The notes under the pieces: generated by a model | What the model was told of the DNA's origin: nothing | Databases searched by the model: none | What the model saw: only the letters and a program-made list of their open reading frames with translations | Part shown: in pieces, positions 49,901 through 63,077 of the stretch | How positions within the stretch are numbered: the first letter of the stretch is position 1 | Layout of the letters: each line of letters begins with the position of its first letter | Source of the DNA: Antedon mediterranea | Taxonomy: Eukaryota; Animalia; Echinodermata | DNA: 64,000 bases | Reading direction: 5' to 3' | Assembly (NCBI RefSeq): GCF_964355755.1 | Contig: NC_092679.1 | Coordinates: 21,931,432-21,995,431, forward strand | Translations under genes and position numbers: made by a program

Positions 49901-52900
49901 ATTCTGTTTTTAATCGTCACATGGAACTAGGCGCACAGTTGATCCTATTAATGTTACATTAAACGCATTATCAACTATAAAAATAAGTCACACGCATGGT
50001 TGACGAATAGTCACTTCCTGTGCAGTCAACTCATCTGAAACTAGACTCCCTCTACTGTCCCGAAACAAAAGCTTGCTAATATGTTATAAACACTAGTGGA
50101 AATTTATTTCATAATTTTTTCTGTTTCTGTATATTTCCTTATCGTCATCTTCAGCCTAGCGGCAGATGAAACTAAAGAGTTGCACTTGGTTTCAGCTGAA
50201 CTCCAAGGTGAACAATTAGGCCCAGCACCTAGGCTTCGGTATCCCCTGGTGATGATAGTATCGTCCATCAAAACTCAACTAGAAGCTTACCAAGCAGCAG
50301 TCATTGTAAGTATAGTAATGTACAGGACCACTTGAACATGCACTGTGGCAGCTAATGGTGAGGATGAATAATGGTGAGGATGAATCGGAAATACATTAAC
50401 ATATAGTAGAACCCATATTAAGGGGACATCTTCAAGACCCAATAAAATGTCTCTTTAGTAGGGCTGTACCCTGAATAGGGGTTGGCTGTACTATTTAAAA
50501 CATATATTTTCTCTTGTTTGTTTGATGGAAAAATGTTCCCTTAATAGGGGTGTCCCCTGAATAGGGGTTGACTGTAGTGTTTAAAACATATATTTTCTCT
50601 TGTTTGTTTCATGGAAAAATGTTCCCTTAATAGGGGTGTCCCCTGAATAGGGGTTGGCTGTAGCGTTTAAAACATATATTTTCTCTTGTTTGTTTCACGG
50701 AAAAATGTTCCCTGAATAAGAGAGTCCCAAAGAGGTGTTCTACTGTTTGTACTTTAGATCCAATTGCATGTTCCATTTGCTATAAATACAACAAGAATAT
50801 GCACTCTGACATAGTCTATTGAACACCATGTGACCCACAATCCTCCAATCAAATCTATGTATGTATGTCATAATGGCAACCATTATACTTTATTAGGTTT
50901 GTTATAATACTAAATGTATAAATAAACTTGTCCCTCATGAATTATGTGAAATCTTTTGACACAAAACCATTCCTAAATTCGGGCTGATTAAAGGAAATAT
51001 TTACTCTTACAGATGAGACACTGGTAACATAATTCGCAGAGGTAATAATATTATGTATACGATTAAAATTGTGGTTTTTTTTTCATAGGAATCTTTAATT
51101 GCAATAATACATCTTCCTGATGATTCGTACGAAGTACCTTGTCACATGGTATCACAACTACTACAAACAAATACAAAGCAAGTTTATGATTTACAGGTCT
51201 GTATTACAACACAGTAGAACCTCTATTGAGGGGACACCACCTTCGGTGCATTGCTGTGTCCAAGGGGAAGGTGGAAGCTTAAAGGTTTTGGTCTAAACAT
51301 GGAGAAATAATACTAAATTGTGACCCAACAGAGTGTATTATAGCACAGTAAAACCTCTATTAAGGGGACACCTTCAGGTGCATTGCTGGGTCCAAAGGGA
51401 AAGTGGAAGCTTAAAGGTTTTGGTCTAAACATGGAGAAATAATACTAAATTGTGACCCAACAGAGTGTATTATAGCACAGTAAAACCTCTATTAAGGGGA
51501 CACCTTCAGGTGCATTGCTAGGTCCAAAGGGAAAGTGGAAGCTTAAAGGTTTTGGTCTAAACATGGAGAAATAATACTAAATTGTGACCCAACAGAGTGT
51601 ATTACAACACAGTAGAACCTCTATTGAGGGGACACCACCTTCGGTGCATTGCTGTGTCCAAGGGGAAGGTGGAAGCTTAAAGGTTTTGGTCTAAATATGG
51701 AGAAATAATACTAAATTGTGACCCAACAGAGTGTATTATAGCACAGTAAAACCTCTATTAAGGGGACACCTTCAGGTGCATTGCTGGGTCCAAAGGGAAA
51801 GTGGAAGCTTAAAGGTTTTGGTCTAAACATGGAGAAATAATACTAAATTGTGACCCAACAGAGTGTATTATAGCACAGTAAAACCTCTATTAAGGGGACA
51901 CCTTCAGGTGCATTGCTGGGTCCAAAGGGAAAGTGGAAGCTTAAAGGTTTTGGTCTAAACATGGAGAAATAATACTAAATTGTGACCCAACAGAGTGTAT
52001 TATAGCACAGTAAAACCTCTATTAAGGGGACACCTTCGGGTGCATTGCTGGGTCCAAAGGGAAAGTGGAAGCTTAAAGGTTTTGGTCTAAACATGGAGAA
52101 ATAATACTAAATTGTGACCCAACAGAGTGTATTATAGCACAGTAAAACCTCTATTAAGGGGACACCACCTTCGGGTGCATTGCTGTATCCAAGGGGAAGA
52201 TAGAAGCTTAAAGGTTTTGGTCTAAATTATGACCCAACAGAGTGTCCCCTTAATAGTGGTCCCCAAAAAAGGTGTTCTATTCTACTCTATTTGTCAACTT
52301 AAATTTCATTGTTGGGTCCAAGTTACACTTTTCAACTACAACTCTCCTAAGAGTCACGTCATGTCTGTGCTTTCAACTACGGCGTGGTCTCGTCTGACCA
52401 CGACTGTGGCTGTGTGAGCTAGCCTCCTACTCGTCTCGAAAGATGCACTAGGTACACATGAGAATTTTGTGTACAATGGGCCACCTATAATGGACCACCT
52501 AGAGTTTATAGTCCTTATCTGAGAAGATTTGTTCTACCACCAGAACCATGGAGCGAGTGAGCCTCAAACCCTTGCCATAAAGCTATAGATTACGTCTTGT
52601 ATTCTTAACCGCTTGGCCACTCACTCAGGTGTGTTATAATATTGAAATATTTAATCCTATCCCAAGAGGCATGTATTTTATTTAATACTTTTAATAATTT
52701 TCTATATTTTTTTTATAGAGAATGTACATTGCTGCAGATTCCACCTCTAGATTAAATCAAACAAATATTGGATCTGAAAACGCGGAACAAAATCTTGGTG
52801 ACTGCACAGTTTGTCAGACCTCTGCAATAACTCGCGTCATTTTACCGTGTAAGCATGCATGTTGTTGCGATTCCTGCTTTTCTCTATTGAACATGTGCCC

Positions 52901-53045
52901 AATATGTCGCGGCTATATTTATTCATATTTTCGTTTAGGAGATGAAACACAACAATTGGACGAAGGAGTTATGGATGATGATGGTATATTTGGCAAGTTT
53001 TACAGATTTAATGATTGGTTAAATAGATCGCTTGGTTTTCTTTGA
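46959..53045 (+). CDS. CGRRF1: Cell growth regulator with RING finger domain 1. Exons: 46959-47062, 48534-48670, 49044-49215, 50155-50305, 51089-51196, 52719-53045
   Basis: The spliced ORF has an N-terminal TM segment, then GNPYILSITHPESA, VTVYWG, LGPAPRLRYPLV, IIHLPDDSY and QVYDLQRMYI, and a C3HC4 RING (CTVC...LPCKHACCCDSC...CPICR). These are collinear with motifs I recall for vertebrate CGRRF1. Confidence 0.88.
47747..48439. mobile_element. Non-autonomous Ginger-like DNA transposon in CGRRF1 intron 1
   Basis: ~45-bp TIRs TGTTATGCGCGATTTGAACGATTTGCGCAATTTGAAATTGCGCAA with TGT...ACA termini. 4-bp TSD TATG (47743-47746 and 48440-48443). Confidence 0.8.
49216..50154 (+). other. U12-type GT-AG intron in CGRRF1
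   Basis: 5' splice site GTATCCTTT at 49216; branch-like TTCCTTATC at 50135-50143, about 10 nt before the AG. The join is in frame (...VPEY-LAADE...). Confidence 0.85.
50403..50746. mobile_element. Tigger/pogo-like MITE (AGTAGAACC..TATTAAGGGGACA...GTTCTACTG) with three internal ~76-bp repeats. Related pieces at ~23335-23455, 24635-24690 and 25773-25890
   Basis: Recurrent CAGTAGAACCTCTATTAAGGGGACACC terminus preceded by TA or CA. Confidence 0.6.
51201..52280. repeat. Tandem array of 8 units of 132-134 bp, each containing the Tigger-like MITE terminus
   Basis: Units start at ~51201, 51335, 51467, 51599, 51733, 51865, 51997 and 52129. Each contains CAGTA(G/A)AACCTCTATT(A/G)AGGGGACACC. Confidence 0.93.
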
Positions 53046-54289
53046 TTTGAAACTGTACGGTTGAGCCTCACTGTCTCGTAAGAAGATATTTTCCATGATG
53101 GCGCCCTCATTCAGAACCTGTTTGTTCCTATGTGATTAGTGCATCATAGTGGACACCCTCAGTTAGCAGACATGGAACTTTGTTATGTTTTAATAACTTA
53201 GCAACCAAATAAAAAAAATTATAAAAAATACAATTTATATCCCAAAAATTTATGAAAATCATTAATTTATATAAATTGTATTGAAATAATACTATGACAA
53301 TGACATTTTATTTTCTTTGTAAATAAAGTAGATAAATAAATGACAAAATGATTATTTATAATTACAAAATTACTATAGTAGATTGATAGTACAACAATAA
53401 AAACAGTACATATGTATTATGAATTTTTATATATATTTTATAATAGAAGATAATTATAAAAGAGTAGGCATAGCTATCTGTCTAATATATTATTTTGAAA
53501 GTTAAAAATTATCTTTTGCATAGATAAAATATAAATAAATTATTATTTAAACATTTGATACTTTATTTTTAGCAATTTGTAGGCCTATACATTTTAACTT
53601 GGTAGTACAGTAATTTAATAGTTAATGTATATATAAAGTATGTTCACTAGGGTAATTTGTGTGAATTGAAAGTGTTACTGGACTAGTAGAAAACAGTTTA
53701 ATATTAGCTTATCATGTTCATTATTAACTTCCCAGTTACAGAACATTCCCTGTGGTGTTTAGTGCAATCATTTTTATCTGCAATTGTATGAATACTATGA
53801 GAAGAAACGTAATTAATCATATTTCTACTACAGTACCTAAGCGACAGCTTAGAATTTTAATTCTTTTATAACAAAAAAATGGGATCATCATATTCAAATA
53901 AAAATAACCTGAAATTTACCAAAATATGTTTGTTACATTAGTGGACTTCATGCAACCATACAACAATTATCTCTTTGCTGCATCAGATTTTGTTTGCGGC
54001 ATAATTGTACCAAGGCAATCTACCAAAGGATACTGAGCTCCGAAGATCAAAGAGTTTGTCTGTGGCTGCGACACGACCAGTCCCATGCTGCGGAGAATAT
54101 ATTGTACAGCACTGTTGGTATTTTTCGCAGCCAGACATAAGAACAAAGAACTGTTATGAGTTCCTATTTGGCCAAGACGAGCTCAGTGTCCTGTTGTTAG
54201 ATTGAATAGATTGAACATAGGTTTAAAGAAATTTTCATTATGCACAATATACAATTTTTCAAAATTGTAAGGGTGTGTTTTACATTGTG

Positions 54290-54580
54290 CTGGACACTAC
54301 TGATCGTGAGATCGCGGTTCGAATCCAACTCTGTTTCATTGCTTGTATCCTAGGCAAGAATAGATACTTTACTAATACATTTTCCTCTCTTCCATCCTGG
54401 TGTATAAATGAGCACCGGGTTAGATCAAGACAACTTTGCGCTGATTACTAGCTGCATTATGGGAGTATGTTTCCATAATTGTTGATGCAAAAATGACCGG
54501 GGTAATAATGTTCAGCACTTAGAGGTTTCAAAACATTAGGCGCTATACAAATTCAGGATATTATTATTATTAATATTATT
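54290..54580 (+). mobile_element. tRNA-derived SINE with an L2-like 3' end and (ATT)n tail
   Basis: B-box GGTTCGAATCC at ~54316, central CCTGGTGTATAAATG motif and 3' GGCGCTATACAAAT...TATTATTATT. A second partial copy lies at 13178. Confidence 0.75.
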
Positions 54581-57500
54581 ACCGTATATCGTAGGTCATG
54601 CATTTATCAACCAGCTATTTTTGCGTTGTGTTCTCATCATTTGTTGCCATACAACCAAGCCCTTTAAAGTATGTTTTTAAAAGCCAAATTATTATTTTTT
54701 TATTTCTCTTTCATCATGGTATTTTCTCTTTTTAAATTTTTTTTAAATTCCTTACATTTATAAAATACAGCACTCATATTGTTTTCGAGTACTCGAGTAC
54801 CTCTCCCCTCTTAAATTTAGCTAACCCGTGTACTATCCCATAAAGGTTCTTGAAAAATATTTGAGAAATAATAGGCTCTTTTGATCCAGATTCTAGCACA
54901 TCGTCATTGCATTCAACCTAATATTTCTGAAGAATGCATCGTTAAAGTTGCATCTTATATAGATTTTAGAGGACAAAATAATACTGAAACAAATAATAAG
55001 AACTGTTGTTCACGTTTCATTACAAATTATATAATTTTGAAGGTGTATTTTTATACTGTATTTCTACGTCATTCACTAACTAAAACCGCCTGGAGATCGA
55101 ACATGTATGAATTCCATTTTGGTATACCGATTTTAACTCTGGAAATTTGTGGACGAGTTGATGATATTTTGGGTATGAATATTGTTGATTAATGATACTG
55201 ATATTATTGTCTATCAAATATTGTGAATTGTAAATCAATTATTGCTATTTTTAATACTTTTAAAACAAATGTGTTATATCTTTTAGATAAATCTATTATA
55301 TAAAACGTAGATTTGTTGATTTTGTGATTTTATGTTATTGGCAATAGTCACCTAATATTATGTGGTAGCGTCCGGTGACACATGTTTTTGTGACCGATCG
55401 TCGCGAGACTCGAGTAGGATAGAGAGAGAGAGGATAGGCTAGGCCTGGGTGGTTTATTTTGAAGATTAGTATAATATTCATTTGTAAAAGGTTAGTTATA
55501 CATATTATACTTTTACAAATGACGTTATGGTAAGTTTAAGGTTCGGGAAGCCGTACTTTATTACAATTGTAACATATTTTGGCTTAAACTGTTTGTGTTT
55601 TGGTCTGAAATCTTGGGATATTTAGATTTTTTTTGCGGAGCGGAAAGAGCTGTTTCAACGCCTCAGAATGACGTTTTTAGCCGTGCTACTACTATTGTTG
55701 AAGACCTGGATCCCGGCCTAGATAAATACTTGTCTTCGGGACATTACACAATATAGTAAACGTAATACTTAATACTATCTAGGTTAGCTAAAAGTGGGCA
55801 TGGTGCCTAAGTCATAATTAGATAAACTAGCCTCTTTTGGTGTAACCTAACTAAAAGTAATATTAATATAATTTAGGCTAGGCTAGAGGCAATGAAACTG
55901 TTTAGAGGCCTACCTAGCTTAGTTTCTGGGCCATCATAGGCCTATCTGTAGTATATACTGTATATGTAGGCCTAGCTATCCGTGACTTGTACTACTACTA
56001 GAGTATTAAAGAGTAGACCTGTACTACAGTACTAGTTAGGAGGCTTATTAGGTCTTTATTATGAGAGGAAAATAAAGCCTATATAATTTAGAGGTTACAT
56101 TAGTTTAGTAAAAATTGTTTAGTGGTAGCCTACTAGAGTGAGGTGTGTGACAATCACTGCCTCGTCTGAATTTGGTTGAATTACCAATATCGTCTCCCCA
56201 TAAAAAATGTTATCACTCAAACTATTTTAAATGCGACTGATATTGTAAACAGAGGAATATCAACAGTTTACAGTACTAGCACTTTTTTCTAAATTCATAA
56301 TTTATTTGCTTGAAATGAAAGCGTTGGCTAACTGTATATAATACTCAGCATGCGTATTCACGTTTTCATCTTCAAATGGTTGTACATTCTGCGAATATTT
56401 TAATGGAAAACATAACGCTTTTTTTCTTTACTGAAACATTGGATGTGCATGAATAAATTCTCAAAGTAGAAGACAGGCTGCTTTAAGAACAAAATTCACC
56501 TTTTGAATGATGTTGATGCTAAAAAATAATTAACAAATTAATATGATATTACAGTCTACCTTACTATTGTTTTATAATAATTTGAGAAAAAAGATATTGT
56601 ACCGTAAATAATTTTGACTACCAGGGAATATTAAAATTATATAGTATCAAGTACTGTACAGTTAGTACTAAATGTGTGAGCTGCTAGTGTTAACTGGTAA
56701 TTAAAATCTCAGACATCATAATCCCTTTTCACAAGTCCTCAGACAACAAATTTATAATTATATTATTGTCGTTTTGCTAGGTTGTGCCACACTATACATT
56801 TTGTGTTTAATATGCTGTATGCTAGCGGTTACACCATGGAGCCATCTATCTAGTTGGTGAATTTATACAGTAATGATCTTTTTACAACCTGAATGTGACA
56901 TATAGAGAAAATTGCGATGTGCGTTCGTCCTAAAGTAAACACATTTTTTTGCCAAAAAATTACAGTTCTAGTACGCGAATTAAAGGTTTAAAAGGCGTCT
57001 CAGCACGATGCGCAACTTGAGTATTGGTTTAAAAGGCGTCTCAGCACGATGCGCAACATGAGTATTGGTTTAGGAGGAAACACTGTACAGTAGGGGACAA
57101 GGTTTCAGGGTTTTTTTATGTAAAAAATCTAATGTAATTGTAACTTTAAACTAAGTTTACCTTTTGCCAATAGGTACTGTACAGTACATAATTTACCTAA
57201 TACATAGGAATATTCAAGAAGTTGCTTATTCTATTTGCTATTGTAATCCGTTTATTGATATTTTTTGTGATACTATTATTGTTTTCGTTGTAAGATTACT
57301 GTTGCTATTAGTATTACATCTATTTAATTACTTTCTATATGATAATTTGCTACATGGTATTGATTTACCTGTAATTTTAGCTAATTGTGTTGTTACATTT
57401 ATTGATTCAATCCTGTTATGGGCGACTTTGGTCGCTGTTGGATGAAGATGAAATAAAAAAAATTAAAAAAACAAACTCCAAAATATTGATTTACTAAATA

Positions 57501-58004
57501 TATAAATAGTATAATGAATTTATAAGATTTAGAGTCATGTGTTACATCCAACTACGTCTTCATACTTCCTTTAATAAGCAGATTTATCAAATATTACTCA
57601 TCGTAGGAAGTCCCATTTGAATGGCTTCCAATTTGTATAGCTCACTGCCCATATAACATCCACTTCAAGTCAATACGATTTCTTATATACAGTTGGATCG
57701 ACGTCCTCACATTTCAAACCATAAAGCAGCATACCTCGAAATCTTCACACAACAATTATTTGTTTGAGATGTACAGTATGTTGTCTTGATATTGTTTTTG
57801 TTGACAGTATATTGAAATTTGTTGTTAACCTTTGACCTGTCAGTGAAACATAAGCTTTTCCTTCGTGTTCTCAGGAGGCTAACTCATTTCCTTGTTAACT
57901 TGTTCTTACTAGCATTTAGATCATGATGCAAGCCAAGTTCTTGGCCTGACATCGATCCGTCAACTTGACTGAAAGAAATCAGCATCCAGAGATCTCGTCC
58001 CAAG

Positions 58005-58224
58005 ATGCCGACGAACGGTAAACCGACGTTTCTCTTTCGGGATCAAGTCAGCGCCGTCTCCAGTCTGTTCAAGGAATGGAACCACTGCGAACAAACAGTT
58101 GCGTTGTATTCTCTTTTGAAACGGATAACGTCGACACAGGCTCGTTTTCTCGCGCTTGTTTTGGATCAGTCTAATAGCGAGTCTGACTCGTTTAAGCAGC
58201 TGGAATTAGAAGCAAACGATCGAA
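58005..58224 (+). CDS. SAMD4: Smaug / SAMD4 homolog, first coding exon; the rest of the gene lies beyond the window
   Basis: FRDQVSAVSSLFKEWNHCEQTVALYSLLKRITSTQARFLALVL...LELEAN matches the Smaug/SAMD4 N-terminal SSR1 motif (FRDQV...WNECEQTVALLSLLKR...QARFL). A GTGAGT donor follows at 58225. Confidence 0.9.
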
Positions 58225-61200
58225 GTGAGTATCTCCCTTTTTTTCTCTACTTCGATTTCATCTCTTCATAGTTTCTCTTTAGTAATAATCTAATCTAATA
58301 TTTGTCATACTCGTAGCGCTTTTAAAATCCTTTTTATAACATGTAAATTTGAGAAATTCCACACTTGTTTCCCATATTAATTGACCTAATGAAAGTCTAT
58401 ACTAAAAAAAAAAATTAACTTGCCCTTTGTGTACTATAAGTCACAGCGCCATTTTAAACATCTCATAAAACCATTTTGATCTTGCCTATTTTGTTTGTAT
58501 TGGTGGCATAGCATACCATACACTGTAGTATGTATTTGAATAGGGCAGTGTTTATTCGAGGGAGGCGTTTTTTTGGGTGTAATATGGAACAATTTATATT
58601 CAAATAAATACTTCCTAAGTAATATGAAAAAATACAACACAATTAATATTGAGAAGTGATAAAATACAGTAAAAATTGTATCAAAATGCTTGGTAAATTG
58701 AAGATCATGTCATTGTCAATCAATAAATTTTATTACAATTTAGAAATGTTTTGTACAGTAATGCAATATTGTGTACACTATATGCATGTGGTGGGCCACT
58801 TATTCGAGGCAATAATTGCCCCAAGGTGTTTATTCAAAGCGGGCCGTTTATTTGAATATATACGGTAGCTAGTTTTAGGCTAGCGAAAATTCCATGTTGA
58901 CAAGTAAAATCTTAAGCCAACTGGTCCAGTGGATAAATTGAATCAAGCCCTGGTCATTAATTTTATTGGTATTGCTTAAGATAGGAAGTGCATCAACATT
59001 ATTTCCTCATTAAGAAATATCCTGCTAAATTGTTAATTTGTTGCAATTAATTAATAATTTGATAATTAATTCCATCTTGATTTTGTTCAGATTATTCGGG
59101 GTTTTTTGAAAGAAATACATGAAATAAAAAGTTGAGTTTCCTGCGTTTTTCTAGAAGGGTTTTTTGAACTCGCAAGAACGTCACAAATGATGTCTGCCTG
59201 TGATAGCTGTTGACGTCATTAAGTTGCGGCCTCGAAATTCTTTCTTTTCATACTAAATTGACCATTGATTTATCAGCTACAAGATTTCTAGCCATTTTAT
59301 CATAACAAATTATTTTCAATTCTCTTTTATTTAAATAATTTTTGTTGGATAATTCTTGTTCGGTAAACAAAAAACACATTTTGACTATTTAACTGACTGA
59401 TAGAACTAATGTTTATTTCATAGTTTTTTTTTTCACTCTAAAAATATATCTTAAATTTGTATCTTCATGCTGTGTTTTATATTGACGATGATAAGATATT
59501 TATTTTATCTTATCTTTTTTTAGACATACTGTACACCGTATAGTTTGATGATATTAGTTCATGTACTGTACTACTGTATTTCTTCAAAATATCAGAAAAT
59601 CAAATCTAAGCCGAATACACTAATTTTTACAATTTTATAAATTGTTTTGTTTATTTTTAGACATGATATCTTATTTTTCATAAATCTTAAGGAAAATTTT
59701 ATCTTTTTTTAGACCTACACTGTATAGTTTGATATTTGTTCATCTATATTTCTCCAAAATAAAATATCAACAAAAATCTAAATCTAAGCCAAATACACTC
59801 GTTTTTACAATTTTATAAATTGTTTTGTTTATTTTTAGACATGATGTCTTATTGTTTGTAAATCTTAAGTAAAATTATAATTGTTTGGCAATTCTTCAAT
59901 TACCAGGATGCATAGTACACTTATAATAATCGACGTACATTATTGTACTTTGTTATTCCTATGAGCATTTGTATACGTAAATCTTGCATTATTTCCACCC
60001 ACTTACAGAGAAATCCGACAAGCTTAAACGTGTCTCCGCATTTGAAACAAAAATTATTTTCTTTTTTTGGATTCAAACTCATTTTACTACGCATATTATG
60101 AAAATTGAAGTAATGTTAGAATTGTTATGAAGATGTACAGTTAACAGAAAAAATGTAATTAAACTATTTTTTTATGACGGTTGTTGTCTAAAATGTGTCA
60201 ATTTTGTAAACAGTAGGCTAGATTTTTGTGGGATTTTTCACAGGTGAATTCTAGTTTTTTGGAGGAATAGGGAGGTCTAACATGGGCATTATCACAAAAA
60301 AAACTTTAAAATAAGTCTTGATGTACTAAAAAAAAATTATAATTTTTTTTTTAAATTTTAAACATTTGTACACTTTTTTAAAATAAAAATTCCATATTTA
60401 TATAATTTATTAAATTTTAAATATCACCGGGCGGTTTAGAATTAATGTTCTTTGCCTGATGTGTTTATATATTAAAATTAATGTACACAGTATTATTATT
60501 TGACTGAGAAGGGATGGGTGGGTGCAAGTTGGAGGTGGTTTGTTGCATCATCCAGTTCCATCTGAATTTAAAATGGATACAGTACATTTTATAAATGACA
60601 AATGTTATTGACATTTCCCATCATTTATTTTCTTTCCTTTCAATCCCATCAATAGTTAGAATGTTTCTTCAATATTAATTTTTTGTATTAAATGTTTAAT
60701 AATAATTAATGGAAGTCTGATAAAACAAAATATAAAATTAATTTTTTTTGATTATGAATAATTAATTAGTAGTGTTATCTACCATTAATATCTAGCATAT
60801 AACCATTGCGTTTCCTATTTGCTGAATCATGGCCTACTATAATATTAACAGTACTATAAATCTAACTGTGTTGCCATTAAAATATACAAGCCTACATAAA
60901 GTTACTAGGTCATATCCTGCACAAAAACAAAGGGTCGCCTATAAATAGACGTGATGAGCCAATTGTATGAGAGGGTATTTGCTGTTCACCCACACTCATT
61001 TTTTTAAGAACACACTTTCACAATACGAGGCTGTAATAAATTAAGCGGATTTGTTGACAACTGAACAAAAACAAGCAAATAATTGCTACAGTAAACAAAA
61101 TGCTTTGATAATATTCCATGGAGTATTTTTACCTCCATGATATTGATAATCAACAAATAACTATAATGGCAAAGTATACTGTAGTCTAGTCTTATTTTGA

Positions 61201-62869
61201 AATTTAAGACTAAAAGTAACACAATTTTTTACTGTAGGAGACTTAACATTATCTATTATTATTGACATATTTTCATACAATAAACTTCCATTTAGGACAC
61301 ATAAATAGTTAAAAATAGGATTTGTGAATGACATTATACTGTAGGTTCAACAAGGCCAACCCATGAGGCTATTCCTGTTTAGGGGTAGCCTTTAAGAGGA
61401 CACTTTGTGTTGGCTCCCAGAAGCAACTCCTACAGGTCTCTACTGTATAAACAGTAGGTGGGGAAAACATATGATTTGAACCATTGATGCTGAAAAAAAT
61501 TTTTATTTGAAGATTTATTTGGCAAAACTTACAATAGTAATTCACACATGTTGTCAGGGAATAATTTCGCCAGTGTAGCATGTACTGTAGCAAAAAGCTA
61601 TACAAAACAACCTTTTTGCTATAAATTTCGAAAATTGTGTTTCTTGACTAAAAAATCGGTTTGATTAGCAATATTGCTAAACAAAATTTTAAGATGAAAT
61701 TTACCCCTGCATGTTTAGCCCGTTTGAAAGACCCAATTAGTGAATATATTTACTTTTGGACTTGGCTGCTGTGTTAGGAATTTCACAAGGAAGTAAAAAA
61801 TATAGAGTACTGTATGTATAGTACAGACATTTGAGCATTACATAACACAGTATTACATTACAATCAATTGATATTGTCAAGTTGATACACTTTCAATTTC
61901 TTTATATATACAGTATTCGTAAACTATCCTAAAGCTCTGTCCACACTATCAAACTTTATGTACAGTACCAAAAAATGTGCCTAAATGGACATGATGATGT
62001 CATATCACTACCATATTTAAGCATATCACTACCATATTTAAGCATGTCACTACCATATTTAAGCATGTCACTACCATATTTAAACATGTCATTACCATAT
62101 TTGGTCACATCACACTTTTTGTCAGACTAGTTTGATAGTGTAAACAGAGCTTTCCCTGATGTTCAAATTTTAAAAATAATTAAATTGTTTCAAGTACTTA
62201 TAATTTTAAAGTACCATTTAGTAGATCAAGAAAAGTAGATTGTTGACAGCCATAATGTGCGAAATTCAGCCTGTCTTGCACAATCTTACACAAATAAATT
62301 TCATACCAAAATCTTGCACCACGTTTCAGTATCGTTTAATAGCAAACTTTTGTTTCGGGGCAGTAGATGAGGGAGTATGCATGCATATGACTAGTATTAG
62401 TACACACTGTTTGGTTCATTAATTACAGTAAAGATTGCATTTACTGTAGGTAAAGTTAACATTTGCCCTACTGTTCCGCAACAGACGCTCGCTAATTTCT
62501 ATCACTGTACCTACTGTACTACTAACTGTACCAATAACTGTACTGTAAAGGTATATTCCTGTATATTTAATATCAATCTACCATAGATTGTCTAAACAAC
62601 CTCAGGGGGAGAAACAGTAATTTACATTCTTATTCTGTGTGTATTTCTCAGTAATTTAATGGTAATGATTTATTACCAGAAATCTAATAACAGTTTACGA
62701 TGTTCTGATTTCATAGAAGAATATTAAAGTCAGAAAATTAAATTTAAGGGTATTTTTTCTAAGAATACATATGGATACCATACAGTTTCACATGTGGACA
62801 ATTTACTACAGTATGGTCGGACATGAAATAATTTATAGACAATCGACCATTTTGTGTAGGCTACTTCAC

Positions 62870-63077
62870 AGGGAACATTTTCGCCAGTGTAGCATACCAA
62901 AAAGCTATACAAAACAACCTTATTGCTACACATTTTGAAAAGTATTCGTTTGGAAATTTAATCAATAACAGAAGTTGGAATAAACTGATTTTTTGTTTAT
63001 TTTTTTATAGAAATGTGTAGCAATAAGGTTGTTTAAATAGCTTTATGCTATGCTACACTGGTGAAATTATTCCCTGA
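62870..63077. mobile_element. MITE with ~65-bp TIRs (CAGGGAA..TTTCGCCAGTGTAGCAT...); a lone arm also lies at ~61555-61630
   Basis: Inverted arms at ~62870-62936 and ~63010-63077. No clear TSD. Confidence 0.65.

Noticed and set aside
51013-51041. Possible extra CGRRF1 micro-exon (CAG|ATGAGACACTG...|GT)
   Set aside because: The 11-nt and 29-nt versions both break the frame, and exons 4 and 5 already join in frame.
54300-54335. tRNA gene suggested by GGTTCGAATCC
   Set aside because: No complete cloverleaf; it continues into a SINE body and tail.
56985-59870. Short local duplications (about 41 bp at ~56985-57070 and about 180 bp at ~59500-59870)
   Set aside because: Simple two-copy duplications in non-coding DNA with no further structure.
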